A DNA stretch of 64,000 nt from Octopus bimaculoides (taxonomy: Eukaryota), in assembly GCF_001194135.2 (NCBI RefSeq), contig NC_068985.1, forward strand, positions 65,262,187 through 65,326,186, written 5' to 3'. A program made the translations under genes and the position numbers. The notes under the pieces are model-generated. The model had not been told where the DNA came from, did not search any database, and worked only from the letters and a program-made list of their open reading frames with translations. This document shows positions 37,350 through 49,819 of the stretch, piece by piece (the stretch's first letter is position 1; every line of letters begins with the position of its first letter).

Positions 37350-38700
37350 TTCGTGTTAGGGTTAGTTTAAGGGTGTGGTTTAGTGTAAGGTTTAGGTTTA
37401 TAGTTAAAGTTAGGGTATGTGTTAGGGTTAGGATGTCTGCTAGGGTTAGGGTCAAGGGTGAGAATTAGGGTTAGGATTAGGGTTAGGATGAGGGTTAAGG
37501 ATAGAGTTAAGATAGGTTTGGAGTTAGGTTTAGGGTTGATGTTAGGGTTATGGGTGGGGTTAGGGCTCCGGTTAGTGTTAGGGTTAAGGTTAGGTTTAGT
37601 GTTAGGATTAGGGTCAGGTTTAGAGTCAGGTTCATAGGTGAAGGTTTGTGTGAATGTCAGGTTTAGAGTTAGTGTTAAGTTTAGGGTTGGAACTAGGTTC
37701 ACAGTAATGGTTAGGGTTTGGGTTAGGTTTAGGGCAAAGGTTAAATTTAGGGTTTGGAGTTAGGATGTGGATAANNNNNNNNNNNNNNNNNNNNNNNNNN
37801 NNNNNNNNNNNNNNNNNNNNNNNNNNNNNNNNNNNNNNNNNNNNNNNNNNNNNNNNNNNNNNNNNNNNNNNNNNNNNNNNNNNNNNNNNNNNNNNNNNNN
37901 NNNNNNNNNNNNNNNNNNNNNNNNNNNNNNNNNNNNNNNNNNNNNNNNNNNNNNNNNNNNNNNNNNNNNNNNNNNNNNNNNNNNNNNNNNNNNNNNNNNN
38001 NNNNNNNNNNNNNNNNNNNNNNNNNNNNNNNNNNNNNNNNNNNNNNNNNNNNNNNNNNNNNNNNNNNNNNNNNNNNNNNGTGTTAGGGTTAAGGTTAGGT
38101 TTAGTGTTAGGATTAGGGTCAGGTTTAGAGTCAGGTTCATAGGTGAAGGTTTGTGTGAATGTCAGGTTTAGAGTTAGTGTTAAGTTTCGGGTTGGAACTA
38201 GGTTCACAGTAATGGTTAGGGTTTGGGTTAGGTTTAGGGCAAAGGTTAAATTTAGGGTTTGGAGTTAATATGTTAGAGTCATGGTGAGGTTTAGGATTAA
38301 GGTGAGGGTAAGGGTTATGGTGAAGGCTGAATTTAAGATTAGGGTTAAGGTATGGTCTAGGTTTAGGGGTAGGGTTAGATATTGGGTTAATGTTAGGTTT
38401 ATGTTTATGTTAAGGGTTAGGTTTAGTGTTCGGTTATAGTTAGGGTTAGTTTAGGGTTATGGTTACAGCTAGGGATGGAGTTAGTGTTAGGATGGAGTTT
38501 AGAGTTAGAGGTAGGGTTAGGGTCAAGTTTAGGGTTCAATTTTGGTCTAGTGTTAGGGTTATGTTCAGGGTCTAGATCAAATCTAATTGTAGGATTAAAG
38601 GTTTGGGTAATTGTAATGTTAGAAGTAATGGAAGAATTACTGTTAGCAGTTTTGGTATAAGGTGAAGATTAGGTTTAGTGTGAGAGTTAGGGATAGTATG
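37350..38700 (+). repeat. Degenerate telomere-like tract (TTAGGG-rich on + strand)
   Basis: GGGTTA/GGTTTA/GTGTTA variants; gap at 37774-38079. Confidence 0.9.
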
Positions 38701-39665
38701 AGGATTCATGTTTCTGAGTCTGACTAATATTTCTGAGTTTCATTTCAAAATTTGTGATTTCAGTTTTTCTCACACTTGTCAGATGGAGAAGTATTGGGTT
38801 AATTAATATATAGCTGTGAAAATTATATTTACCAAACATTTCAGTGAAGCTTCCACCTTTCTCAGAAATCATGTGCATTGAATGTTACGAAGCAGCAGGA
38901 AATCATTCGAAAATTGTGAAATGATAAATTTTTTTCTCACACTATATTTAGTATGTTGCAAATCAGTGGCTCATCATTTGAAAATTGCAATAGGAAAAAT
39001 TGTTGTCTTCTCACTCATTTGTGAATGTCCATGTTTCTCACACACTTTTGTCTGATTGAGAAGTAATGGGTTAATGTACATCCATTGTTGCTGTCAAGAT
39101 TATATTTATCAAACATTTCACAGCAGCTTCAACCTTTCTAAGAAAACATAAACACAGAAAGTTTTGCAAAGTGGTGTGAAATCATTCAATCATTGTGATA
39201 TAGAAAATAGTTGTTTTCCCATGCTAGTATTCAACATTAGTGACATTGTTTTTCACACGCGCACTTTTCAGAATGAGAAATAATGGGTTAATATGCATCT
39301 GGTAGCTGCGAAGATTATGTTTGCCAAACATTTCACAGATGATGCTACAATTCGTAGAAACTATTAACACTGAAAATGTTAGAAACCAGCGTGAAATCAT
39401 TTGAAAATTGCAGAAGGAAAAATTTTGCTTTCTCTGGTAAATGTTTAACATCTGCAAGTTCCCATTTTTCTCACTCACACTTGTCGGATTGAGAAATAAT
39501 GGGTTAATATATATCTCCAAGTATCTCTGAAGATGTTATTTACCAATCATTTCATAGAAGCTTTAAGCTTTATTGAAAAACATGACTTATACATCTCCAA
39601 GTAGCTGTAATGATTACATTTACCAAATTTAGAAAACATGAACACTGAAAATGTTGCAAATCAGA
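38700..39665 (-). repeat. Satellite block 3 in inverted orientation
   Basis: Reverse-complement motifs, e.g. AAGCTTCCACCTTTCTCAGAAATCATG and TTTCTCACTCACACTTGTC.GATTGAG. Confidence 0.85.
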
Positions 39666-39689
39666 ATGACATCAATTGTGAAAGGTAAA

Positions 39690-40760
39690 ACCTATTACTA
39701 ACTCTCACCCAAACCCTAAAATGAATCCTAACACTATTGCAAACCTAAATATTACTGTAACCACAATACTAACCGTAACATTCCCGTAACCATAATACTA
39801 ACCCTAACAGTAACGGTGGTTTCTAAACGGTGGTTTCTAAAAAAGATTGAAGTTTCTGAGAATTGTCTGGTAGATATGATCTTTACATTCACTATGCAAT
39901 GTATATTCACTTGTTGCTTCTCAATCTGACAATGTTGATTACAAAAAAGAAGCTTCTAATGTTGGATATTTGCCTTGGAAAACAATTACTTTTCATTTTT
40001 GCAATTTTTGAATGATTTTCTGCTGAGTTTTGGTGTACATGATTTCTAAGAAAGGTCGAAGCTTCTGTAAAATGTTTGATAAATATGATTATGACAGCTA
40101 TATTAACCCATTGCATGTCAATCAGACAAGTGTGAGTGAGAAAAATGGGAAGTTAGAAATGTTAAACATTTGCCAGAGAAAGCAAAACTTTATCATTTCA
40201 CAAATCTTAAATGATTTCATGTTGATTTCGGTCTTCAGTAAAATATTTGATTATATTTGGTAATATTTTACTCACTCACACTTGTCAGATTGAGACATAA
40301 TAGTTGTGAGAAAAGTTGAAGTTTGGTGAATATAATCTTCACAGCTATCAATCTGACAAATGTGAGTGAGAAAAATAAAGATTCACAAGTGCTTGAGAAA
40401 ACAAGTTATTTATTTCACAGTTTTTGAAAGATTTACATGTTTAGTATTTATGATCAAAGCTTCTGTGATGATTGGTAAACATAATTTTTAGAGCTCCTAG
40501 ACATTATTTCAGTCTGATAAGTGTGAATGTGAAGCGTGCAAAGTCTCTAATGTTGAATATTAGCCCCGGAAAAAAAAACCCATCTTTCATATTTTTATGA
40601 TTTCACAATGTAAAAATGTTGAAGCTTCTGTGAAATGCTTGATAAATATAATTTTGACAGCAACATGAAAGTATGTAAGGAAAATGGAAATTCACAAATG
40701 TTCGATATTAACCACTAGGAGATGTATATTTATGCATTGCTTCTAACTCTGACAATTGTG
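39690..40760 (+). repeat. Short CCCTAA-like tract (39690-39812) followed by satellite block 4 (mostly + orientation)
   Basis: Same monomer motifs; a short inverted patch at ~40265-40300. Confidence 0.8.
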
Positions 40761-41249
40761 AGTGAGAAAAATTGAAATTGAATCCCTAACTGCCACTTCT
40801 CACCCAACAACGTCTGTGCATCCATCTGATAGTTGGAAAATATCTACACCAGTACCCTTATACTCTGTGTTGTGTTTTCAAATGCATGGATATAGGTGTC
40901 AAATTTGTTCCAATAACTATCGAGTAATAGATGGATGGATGGAGAGGGAGACAGACAGACAGACAGACAGACATATAGCTCGCTCCGGCCAGTCATGGTG
41001 TTGGCTGTCGGTGGCCGGAGAATCGACAGGCCAGCAACAGGCAGGCAGACAGACAGATGCTTCACTGGCAGTGAGCACTTTCACTTCTGACAGCTAATAG
41101 CATGATAGTGCCCTCATTTCTGTTACCGATCTAAACATTTAATCTCACGTTTAAACACTGCTGTGTTTCTTTCAACTTTTTCCTAAAAACCTAATGAATT
41201 TGACCAGCATGATGTACTGCTGCATGTTCTCCCTCTCCCTCCCTATTGT

Positions 41250-42150
41250 ATTCTATCTCTCTCTCTCTCTCTCTCTCTGAATCACCACTTCTTCCACCAT
41301 TTCCTCTTTGACTCGCGCGCGAATCCCAAACATATAACCAGCTCGCTTTCCAACACCATTTTGTACTGGAATCTCTATGCTAATAGAACCCACGACGAAG
41401 CTCCNNNNNNNNNNNNNNNNNNNNNNNNNNNNNNNNNNNNNNNNNNNNNNNNNNNNNNNNNNNNNNNNNNNNNNNNNNNNNNNNNNNNNNNNNNNNNNNN
41501 NNNNNNNNNNNNNNNNNNNNNNNNNNNNNNNNNNNNNNNNNNNNNNNNNNNNNNNNNNNNNNNNNNNNNNNNNNNNNNNNNNNNNNNNNNNNNNNNNNNN
41601 NNNNNNNNNNNNNNNNNNNNNNNNNNNNNNNNNNNNNNNNNNNNNNNNNNNNNNNNNNNNNNNNNNNNNNNNNNNNNNNNNNNNNNNNNNNNNNNNNNNN
41701 NNNNNNNNNNNNNNNNNNNNNNNNNNNNNNNNNNNNNNNNNNNNNNNNNNNNNNNNNNNNNNNNNNNNNNNNNNNNNNNNNNNNNNNNNNNNNNNNNNNN
41801 NNNNNNNNNNNNNNNNNNNNNNNNNNNNNNNNATGCTTGAACGGCGACGCGTAGATCTGTGCTGCATCCAAGAAGTAAGATGGAGAGGAGGTTCTGCGAG
41901 GTTCCTCACAGGCAAAGAACACAGGTACAAGTTTTTCTGGGCAGGGAACACTGACGGAGTCGGGGGCTTAGGAATACTTCTAGCAGAGAAATGGGTTGAT
42001 AAGGTAATCGAGGTAGTTAGAGTATGTGACAGAGTACTTAAGATTAGACTAGTGCTTCATCATAGGCTAGCTACTGTCATCTCAGCCTATGCCCCTCAAC
42101 CGGGGCTCCCGGATGGGCTGAAAGACCAATTCTATGACACCCTCTTGCAA
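41250..42150 (+). mobile_element. RTE-clade LINE 5' portion (APE endonuclease), 3'-truncated
   Basis: Uninterrupted MLERRRVDLCCIQEVRWRG...YKFFWAGN..GVGGLGILL...CDRVLKIRL...ISAYAPQ...KDQFYDTL from 41834; it ends abruptly at a TTAGGG-like tract. Confidence 0.9.
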
Positions 42151-42380
42151 AGGGTGAGGTTTACATTGAGTGATAGGTTTAGGATTACGTTTAGGGTTAG
42201 TGTTTTTGAGTTGGGAGTAGGTTTAGATTTAGGGTTAAGGTTAGAGTTAGGGATAGATTTGGAGCTAGGTTTTGGGTGAAGGTTAGAGTTAGGTTTAGGT
42301 TTATGGTTAATGTTAGTGTTAGGTTTTCTTTGCGCTTTAGGGATAGGTTTAAGGTTAGCGTTAATACTATGGTCAGCATT
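42151..42380 (+). repeat. Degenerate TTAGGG-like tract
   Basis: GGGTTA/GGTTTA/GAGTTA variants. Confidence 0.85.
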
Positions 42381-42714
42381 ATAATATAAGGCTTAAATAA
42401 ATATCAAAGCTTGAAAATATTATATGCTTTCCTCTTATGAGCTCATTCAACACTCAAATATGCAAAATATATGACTTAATTCACTGAAGTCAGTCCCTTT
42501 TATATGCGGCACTCTTCAAACATAAGTTAAAACATGATCGCTGCAGAAATGAACAAAAGATACAGTGCAGTGGGCTGCAGTTTGGTAACTCCAGTGTTAG
42601 ATTTCAGATCATCATTGTTACCTCTTAGAAGTGAAGTGTACTAGCTAATTGCAGAGCTTTGATAACTCACCCATGTGGTACACTATTAAATTCTTCTTGA
42701 TAGTCCAGCTACAC

Positions 42715-45700
42715 CAGCGATGTGGAACCTGCGGCCTTCTGGGCCATCAAGTGTGGCCATTGGTATATTTTCTTCTTTTTTTGAGATTGAATATTTTTTG
42801 TCTAAAATCATTATATGCCTTAACCCTTTCGTTACTATATTTCTGACCAAAATACACCCCTCATGAGTTTCAATTAAATTCTAAAATAATCATGAATTTA
42901 GACTAGTCTCATTAAACACCTGTAACTTTTTTATTTCTCAACATATTAATGTGATATTTGGAACATAATTAAAGAAAGGGTTCTTAATCAATTCTATTGC
43001 ATAATTTTTGTCTCTAAGTTCTCCACGTNNNNNNNNNNNNNNNNNNNNNNNNNNNNNNNNNNNNNNNNNNNNNNNNNNNNNNNNNNNNNNNNNNNNNNNN
43101 NNNNNNNNNNNNNNNNNNNNNNNNNNNNNNNNNNNNNNNNNNNNNNNNNNNNNNNNNNNNNNNNNNNNNNNNNNNNNNNNNNNNNNNNNNNNNNNNNNNN
43201 NNNNNNNNNNNNNNNNNNNNNNNNNNNNNNNNNNNNNNNNNNNNNNNNNNNNNNNNNNNNNNNNNNNNNNNNNNNNNNNNNNNNNNNNNNNNNNNNNNNN
43301 NNNNNNNNNNNNNNNNNNNNNNNNNNNNNNNNNNNNNNNNNNNNNNNNNNNNNNNNNNNNNNNNNNNNNNNNNNNNNNNNNNNNNNNNNNNNNNNNNNNN
43401 NNNNNNNNNNNNNNNNNNNNNNNNNNNNNNNNNNNNNNNNNNNNNNNNNNNNNNNNNNNNNNNNNNNNNNNNNNNNNNNNNNNNNNNNNNNNNNNNNNNN
43501 NNNNNNNNNNNNNNNNNNNNNNNNNNNNNNNNNNNNNNNNNNNNNNNNNNNNNNNNNNNNNNNNNNNNNNNNNNNNNNNNNNNNNNNNNNNNNNNNNNNN
43601 NNNNNNNNNNNNNNNNNNNNNNNNNNNNNNNNNNNNNNNNNNNNNNNNNNNNNNCATTATCGTTCACCACGTACTTTTGTAGCTCATTCATTCTTTTCTT
43701 CGATATCTCCATATCTTCTGTTGAAAAACCTTCAAATTCGGAATCACTGCTTGATAGCATGAAACTCCTCTCCATCTTCAAAGTTGAAAAAAATTAACGC
43801 CGCAAAAAATGTGGAAAAAAATCTTCCAAAATTCACTGAGTTCAAATATCACGCCAAATAATGTCAGAGACAATAACTCAACTGTTTGCAAAGTGAAATC
43901 AGGTGTTTGAACGAATGTACTAACGAAATTTGGGTTCAAATATACATTTAAATAACAATGGGTATGCTCGGCCGGCTACGGCCGGGTTAGTCTTATGAAC
44001 CAAAAAATGTTTCGGCCGGCTACAGCTGGGTTAGTAACGAAAGGGTTAAACTTACAATACACACACATAGACAAAAGGAAAGTTAACCGTGTTCAGTGAT
44101 GTCGCTCCTAGAGATTGGAAGCATTTTTCTTTGAACCCAATGAATTTAAACTCAAAGCAACAAGTATATAAAGGTAATATTTCCCTGTCAGCTACACCAG
44201 CCTAGTGAGTGTAAGTGACTTCACATATGATACATGAAGAGTTCTTGCCTTTACTTAGTAATTGTGTAGTCTTGGCCAACTTCATACTGACTTGTTCTGT
44301 GAGATTGAGTTAGTTATAGCCTTATTTGAAACTGTAAATTCATCAGTGTGTGCATTAATTTTACAAACTTACTTGTTATCATTGAGACTTGATAAGTGAT
44401 ACAGTGATCGTATTCAATGCTACTCTGCTAAGCCAGCTGCACACTGTTTCAGAGAAAACGGTTTTAGACAAGATACTATCAATCAGTGTCCAAAACCATG
44501 TTCTTGGAATCTTGGTCATAACTTCAACAATTGTCATTATTGGAAACCATCAATATTTGACATTATTTCTGTAACAATGGTAAATAATAGTACTAATTAC
44601 AGAAATAAAATTATAGCTAATCTAGATGTTGTTCAGTCTCGAATGGTAGTAACAATTGCTAAAGTCATGGTTTTGGATGACTTTTATTTGGGTCAGTGTG
44701 TGGCCGTCTTTACTAATGCATTAGTAAACTTTTATTTTTCCATAGCTTTTCAGAATAAATACATTTCTTTTTAACCCATAATTATGTCAAAAAAATTTAA
44801 ATGAACTTTCATAGTAGAAAACAGGATCCTCAATGAAGAATGGGAACTGCAATATCTTTTAGTAAATAGTGGAGGCAAAATGTCTCGCTTGTTTTGTGAT
44901 ACCACAATTCTAACGGTTAAGAAATTCAATGCACGCCAACATTATGCTCTTCATAAAGACAATAAATATGCCAAATTAGGGCGTGAGTCTTGAAAGATAG
45001 CATTGCAGAAATTGAAAGATGGAAAACAAAAGCAAAGACAATTTTTCCAATTTGCGTTGCACCAAGGGAATGCTAAGACAGAACACTTTCCTCAGCTTAC
45101 GAGGGTAATGAGTGAAAATGAATCTTCTGAATCTTTTGAAGAAATATAAGTCAGTTTTAGACTCATTAATAGAAGAATATAATAAAAGATTCAATGACTT
45201 TAAAAAACATAACATCACTCTGAAACTTGCTTTTCAGCCTCTCTTAGTTGATGTATCAGAGGCTCTTGAATAGTTATAAGTGGAGTTTATTGAAATGTCT
45301 GAAGATAATATCCTCAAATCTTCGTTCGACAAGATGGAAAATCCCATCGAAATTTGGAATAATGTGGTAGAATATCCTCATCTTTGTGTACATGCATGGC
45401 GACTAATTTCCTACTTTTCTTCAACATACTGTTGTGAATCTACATTTTCGTACTTGACGCAAATCAAGAATTCGCTGAAAATGCAATTGACAGATGAGCA
45501 TTTGGAGGACCAATTGAAACTAAGAACCATTATGTTAGAGCCTGATGTCAAAATGCTTTCTCAAAAAAAAGCAAATTGAAAGAAGTCATAAATTTGTATA
45601 AAAAGTACCTACTTACCTAAATTAAATATTTGAAAATATTTTCTCAATGTTCATAAACTGTCTTTTTTTATAAGTTTATTATTCATTTACTTATTACTTG

Positions 45701-45960
45701 TATACAATGTACCTACTTAAATGAAATATTTGAAAATATCTTGCTTTTGATATTATTCATTTACTTATTATTGTATAAAAGTACTTAAATAAAATATTTG
45801 AAAATGCTTTGAATTTCTACACACCTGTCTTTCTTTTATTAGATTACTAATATATTATTTAAGGAAAAAAATAACTAAAAACAGAAAAATAATTTGTTCA
45901 ATGTGGCTTCTGAGGGAGAATGAAGTAAAGGGTGACCTTCATGCACAAAGAGGTTCCTTG
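42715..45960 (+). mobile_element. Internally deleted hAT (Buster/GTF2IRD2-EPM2AIP1-like) transposon
   Basis: 8-bp TSD AGCTACAC (NNNTANNN type) at 42707-42714 and 45961-45968. Left TIR CAGCGATGTGGAACCTGCGGCC; the right TIR is partly deleted (GAGGTTCC-TTG). N-terminal ENRILNEEWELQYLL...KKFNARQHY at ~44810-44990 and hATC dimerisation domain YFSSTYCCESTFS...LTDEHLEDQLKL at 45280-45579. Confidence 0.85.
42824..44045 (-). mobile_element. Deleted piggyBac element nested in the hAT left end
   Basis: TTAA TSDs at 42820-42823 and 44046-44049, TIR CCCTTTCGTTAC, and acidic transposase N-terminus SSSDSEFEGFSTED. Its 42824 end matches the reverse complement of 49740-49819. Confidence 0.9.
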
Positions 45961-45999
45961 AGCTACACCACAGCCAAATTTTTCTAATTCTTTGTTGCA

Positions 46000-46760
46000 T
46001 CATCTTATCAAATGGTAGGTGCTTAATACATCCCCACATCTACTTACAATATTGCAAGTGGTACAATGATCCTCAAGAAACAAGTTGAGGCAACCAGTAT
46101 ACATGTTTTGACAGGTAAATTTTAGCCTCGGTGGTTTAGTTATGTTTGGGGATAAGGGTGATAGCTGTTGATAAGCTATGTAGCTAATGTTTAATATGCC
46201 TTTGATACTCCTCCCAAACAGTCTTATTAAATGTTGCTGATAGCAGTTGAAATTTTTTAACCAGTATCCAGTAATAAGATCTGGGCCTCAGAATTCCCTA
46301 TTTGGTATCTCCACTGTCAATTTTGTAGAGTTTTTGTTTAACATGTTTGCAGTATCCCTGCTCTATCTCATCTATCCATTCAGCCTTTTCACTGAATCCA
46401 TCATTCCTTTCCCAAATTGATTTACAGTAACTTTCTACTTCTGTTGATGGGTTGCTTTTTTTGTTGAAGCGACAATAGACATCAAAAGATTGCTTGGCTA
46501 GTCTGTTTTTCATGCCAAGTACCCATGTAAAATCTTAGTGAAGTGGTCCATTGAGTTCTTATAGTGACCAGTCCAGAATTCCAAATATAGGCCAAAGGAC
46601 AAGCACTGCAAAGCTGTTGCAAGCAATATGCTTGTTGTAAGCTGAAAGTTCTGATATTCATATTCTCTTTACTCTCCTGAGGTATTCATTTCTTGTCCTC
46701 TCCTTTTTTATGGGTCTATCATATCTGACATTCTCATCTTGTCCAAGATACCTATAATTG
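46000..46760 (-). mobile_element. R4/Dong-like RLE-type LINE remnants
   Basis: Decayed translations YCKSIWE...AEWIDEIE...GPDLITGYWLKNF (pre-RT/RT start) and EYLRRVKRI.ISELSAYNKHIA.NSFAV...FGILDWS (post-RT). Confidence 0.6.
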
Positions 46761-47232
46761 TATGTGTGTGTGCGTGCGTGTGTGTGTATTAACTTGCAGG
46801 GTTTGGAAGTCTCCAAAAAAACTTGGTTATTTTAAGTCTCCATAGACTAATGAGACTGGTGTGATTAATCCTTTAGCATGTAACTACATCTGGCCCAAAT
46901 ATTCTATCTACTAACCAGATCTAACCTCTCACACCTACCCTAAAAAAACAAACACACTATTGAAATCTTGAAGCTACAAGATAATGCATGATAATTCAAA
47001 CAATATGTATAAATAATATTACATTTGATAAAGAAATATGAAGTCAACACCTGCAAGGTGATGAGCTGGGAAGGAATTCTAGAGAGTCAATGTTCTTGGA
47101 AGTAAGTAGTGATTAGTATGGCCTGGCAGCAAGGTGGGGATGGAGGAAGAGATACAAGACACAAATACCAGACTGGAGATGGCATGAGCCTAACTTGCTC
47201 AGAGAAGCAGAGACTATTAGGGCAGTGGTTAA

Positions 47233-49819
47233 CCCTTTCATTACCAAACCGCCCAAAGCTGCCCGAAAAAAATTTTGGTTCATGTGAACAAGCCGCCCAA
47301 AACTGCCCGTAATCACATATTCATATTTAAATGAGAATATCTGAGCAAATCTCGTTAGTACATTCGTGAAAACACGTGATTATACTGCGCAAACAGTTCA
47401 GCTATAGTTTTGTACGACGATCGACGTGTTATTTTAATTTTATGAATTTTGTGAGATTTTTTTCCAAATTTGTTCCTGTTGTGTTTTTAAAATTTGTAAT
47501 TCTGACAAAAAAATGGATACAAATTNNNNNNNNNNNNNNNNNNNNNNNNNNNNNNNNNNNNNNNNNNNNNNNNNNNNNNNNNNNNNNNNNNNNNNNNNNN
47601 NNNNNNNNNNNNNNNNNNNNNNNNNNNNNNNNNNNNNNNNNNNNNNNNNNNNNNNNNNNNNNNNNNNNNNNNNNNNNNNNNNNNNNNNNNNNNNNNNNNN
47701 NNNNNNNNNNNNNNNNNNNNNNNNNNNNNNNNNNNNNNNNNNNNNNNNNNNNNNNNNNNNNNNNNNNNNNNNNNNNNNNNNNNNNNNNNNNNNNNNNNNN
47801 NNNNNNNNNNNNNNNNNNNNNNNNNNNNNNNNNNNNNNNNNNNNNNNNNNNNNNNNNNNNNNTTTTCTGAAGAAACTGGACCAAGTCACAGTCTTACCCA
47901 GGAGAGCAAAGCTTCGAACTATTTCTTTTTGCTTTTTCCGATGTACCTATTTGAAATGATTACGGCAGAAACAAACCGTTACGTTGAATGTAAACAAAGC
48001 ATAAAAAAGGATAGTTTGTGGTTTCCCACAAACTTGAATGAAATTAAGGCATATTTTGCCATAAATATTATTATGGGCATTAGAAAGTTACCCAGAATAA
48101 CAAATTAAGTATAATAACGAGGACACGATTTTTGAAATTAACTCAATATCTACATGTAAGAGACACGAGCAGTACACCAGTACGTGGAGAACCAGACTTT
48201 GATCCCTTATTTAAAATAAGACCCCTCATTGACTGTGTTCAAAACACATATAAAACAGTTTATAGACTAGGGAGACATCAATTGATGAAGGTATGGTGGG
48301 CTATAAAGGCCGAGTGCGTTTTCGACAGTATATGCCAGGAAAGCCCACAAAATGGGGGATCAAAGTTTGGAAGATTTGTGAATCAAATACTGGGCACTGC
48401 TCTGGATTTGAATTTTACACAGGAAAAAGAGACAATTATATAAGTCAGCATGGCCTAGGGTATGATGTGGTCTGGAATTTATCACTTCGATACCATAACC
48501 AGAGCCGTATAATATTTTTTGACCAATTTTTCAGTACAGTCAAACTTGCAGAGAATTTAGATACTGTGGCAACACATTCATGTGCTACAGTGATCGCTAG
48601 TAGAAAAGGACTGCCGTTGGATATAAAAAAAGCAAAATTAAAAAAAAGGTGAAATAATTCAACGGCAGAAGGGAAATTTGCTAGCGACTGCATACAGAGA
48701 TAAGAGACAGATTAATTGTCTGTCTACCTGTGCACGGCCACATGTGGATGAAAATGGCATGCCATTTGTGAACCTCGATTATAACAGGTACATAGGTAGT
48801 GTAGATCGGCTGAATCAGATGATGTCTTATTATCCAGTTGGCAGACCGGGGAATAAATGGTGCCGATACCTGGTTTGGTATATAGTAAATATGAGTATTA
48901 CTAATGCATGTATACTATATACCAAATCGGGGCCGGCTCAAAAGCGATGCAACCATCTGCAGTTCCATGCAGATGTAGCAACGCAACTAAGAGCTGGTTA
49001 TTCCTCAAAAAAAATAACTGTAGGGAGAAAAAGCAAAGCCTGCCAGAGAGATATCCCTCTGAATTCAGCCGATCTCTGTAAATTAGAAAAAAAATCGAGG
49101 GTCGCAAATGCCTTCATCAAAAAAGGAAAGCTCCTAGTGGAAGAGCTGTTGGAACAACTTTCCAATGTGCATTCTGCAAGGTTGCATTATGTAGAGCAGG
49201 GTGCTTTTACAAGTTTTCATGATAGAAATATTGCTTGATTTTTATAAATATTTTCAAATTTACTTCGTTTTTATTTTTCTTTATGTTTAATTTTAATTTA
49301 CCTGTAAGGTGAGTGACGAATTTTGATTAATTTCTTTTGTAAATCATTATTGTATATTTCTGTGTATCTATGTATATGGGAGAGCTTATTTAATCTAGTC
49401 GATGGTGTGTGTGTATTTTGTTTTCTAGTTTTCTTCACAGACAAATTCTAGTCTTTTGTTTTATTTATACCTTTATGGTACACCTGTCTTTTGTGTGTTA
49501 AATTCACCTGATGAATCCAGTAATGTGCACAACTCTTCTATAATAATATTTTGTTGTATACCCAGCTGAATATTAGCTAATAACCCATTTTCTATAGCAA
49601 TGTTTGAACAAAAATTTTAATAATTTTATATTTTGTTGAATTTACCTGTATTTACCTGTAATTAGAGTCACTTTGTGACAAAAATTTTGGTATAGAATTG
49701 GTTGAGAACCTTTCATTAAATTATCTTCCAATGAAACCAGACTAAATTTATGATTATGTTAGAAATTAATTGAAACACATATGGGGTGTATTTTGGTTAG
49801 AAATATGGTAACGAAAGGG
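47233..49819 (+). mobile_element. piggyBac transposon with disrupted PGBD4-like transposase
   Basis: TTAA TSDs, TIRs CCCTTTC(A/G)TTACC. Transposase fragments at 47880-49238: FDPLFKIRPLID, MVGYKGR...QYMPGKPTKWGIKVW, IFFDQFFST, DYNRYIGSVDRLNQM, KWCRYL. Confidence 0.93.

Noticed and set aside
37570-38270. ~200-bp exact repeat flanking the 37774-38079 gap
   Set aside because: Typical unresolved contig overlap in low-complexity sequence.
35694-38660. ORFs rich in LTLTL/NPNP/RVRV/LGLG
   Set aside because: These are translations of degenerate TTAGGG/CCCTAA hexamers, not genes.
36000-38700. Possible ancestral telomere-telomere fusion site
   Set aside because: The order is CCCTAA-like then TTAGGG-like, opposite to an end-to-end fusion, and the junction homology indicates inverted duplication of a composite unit.
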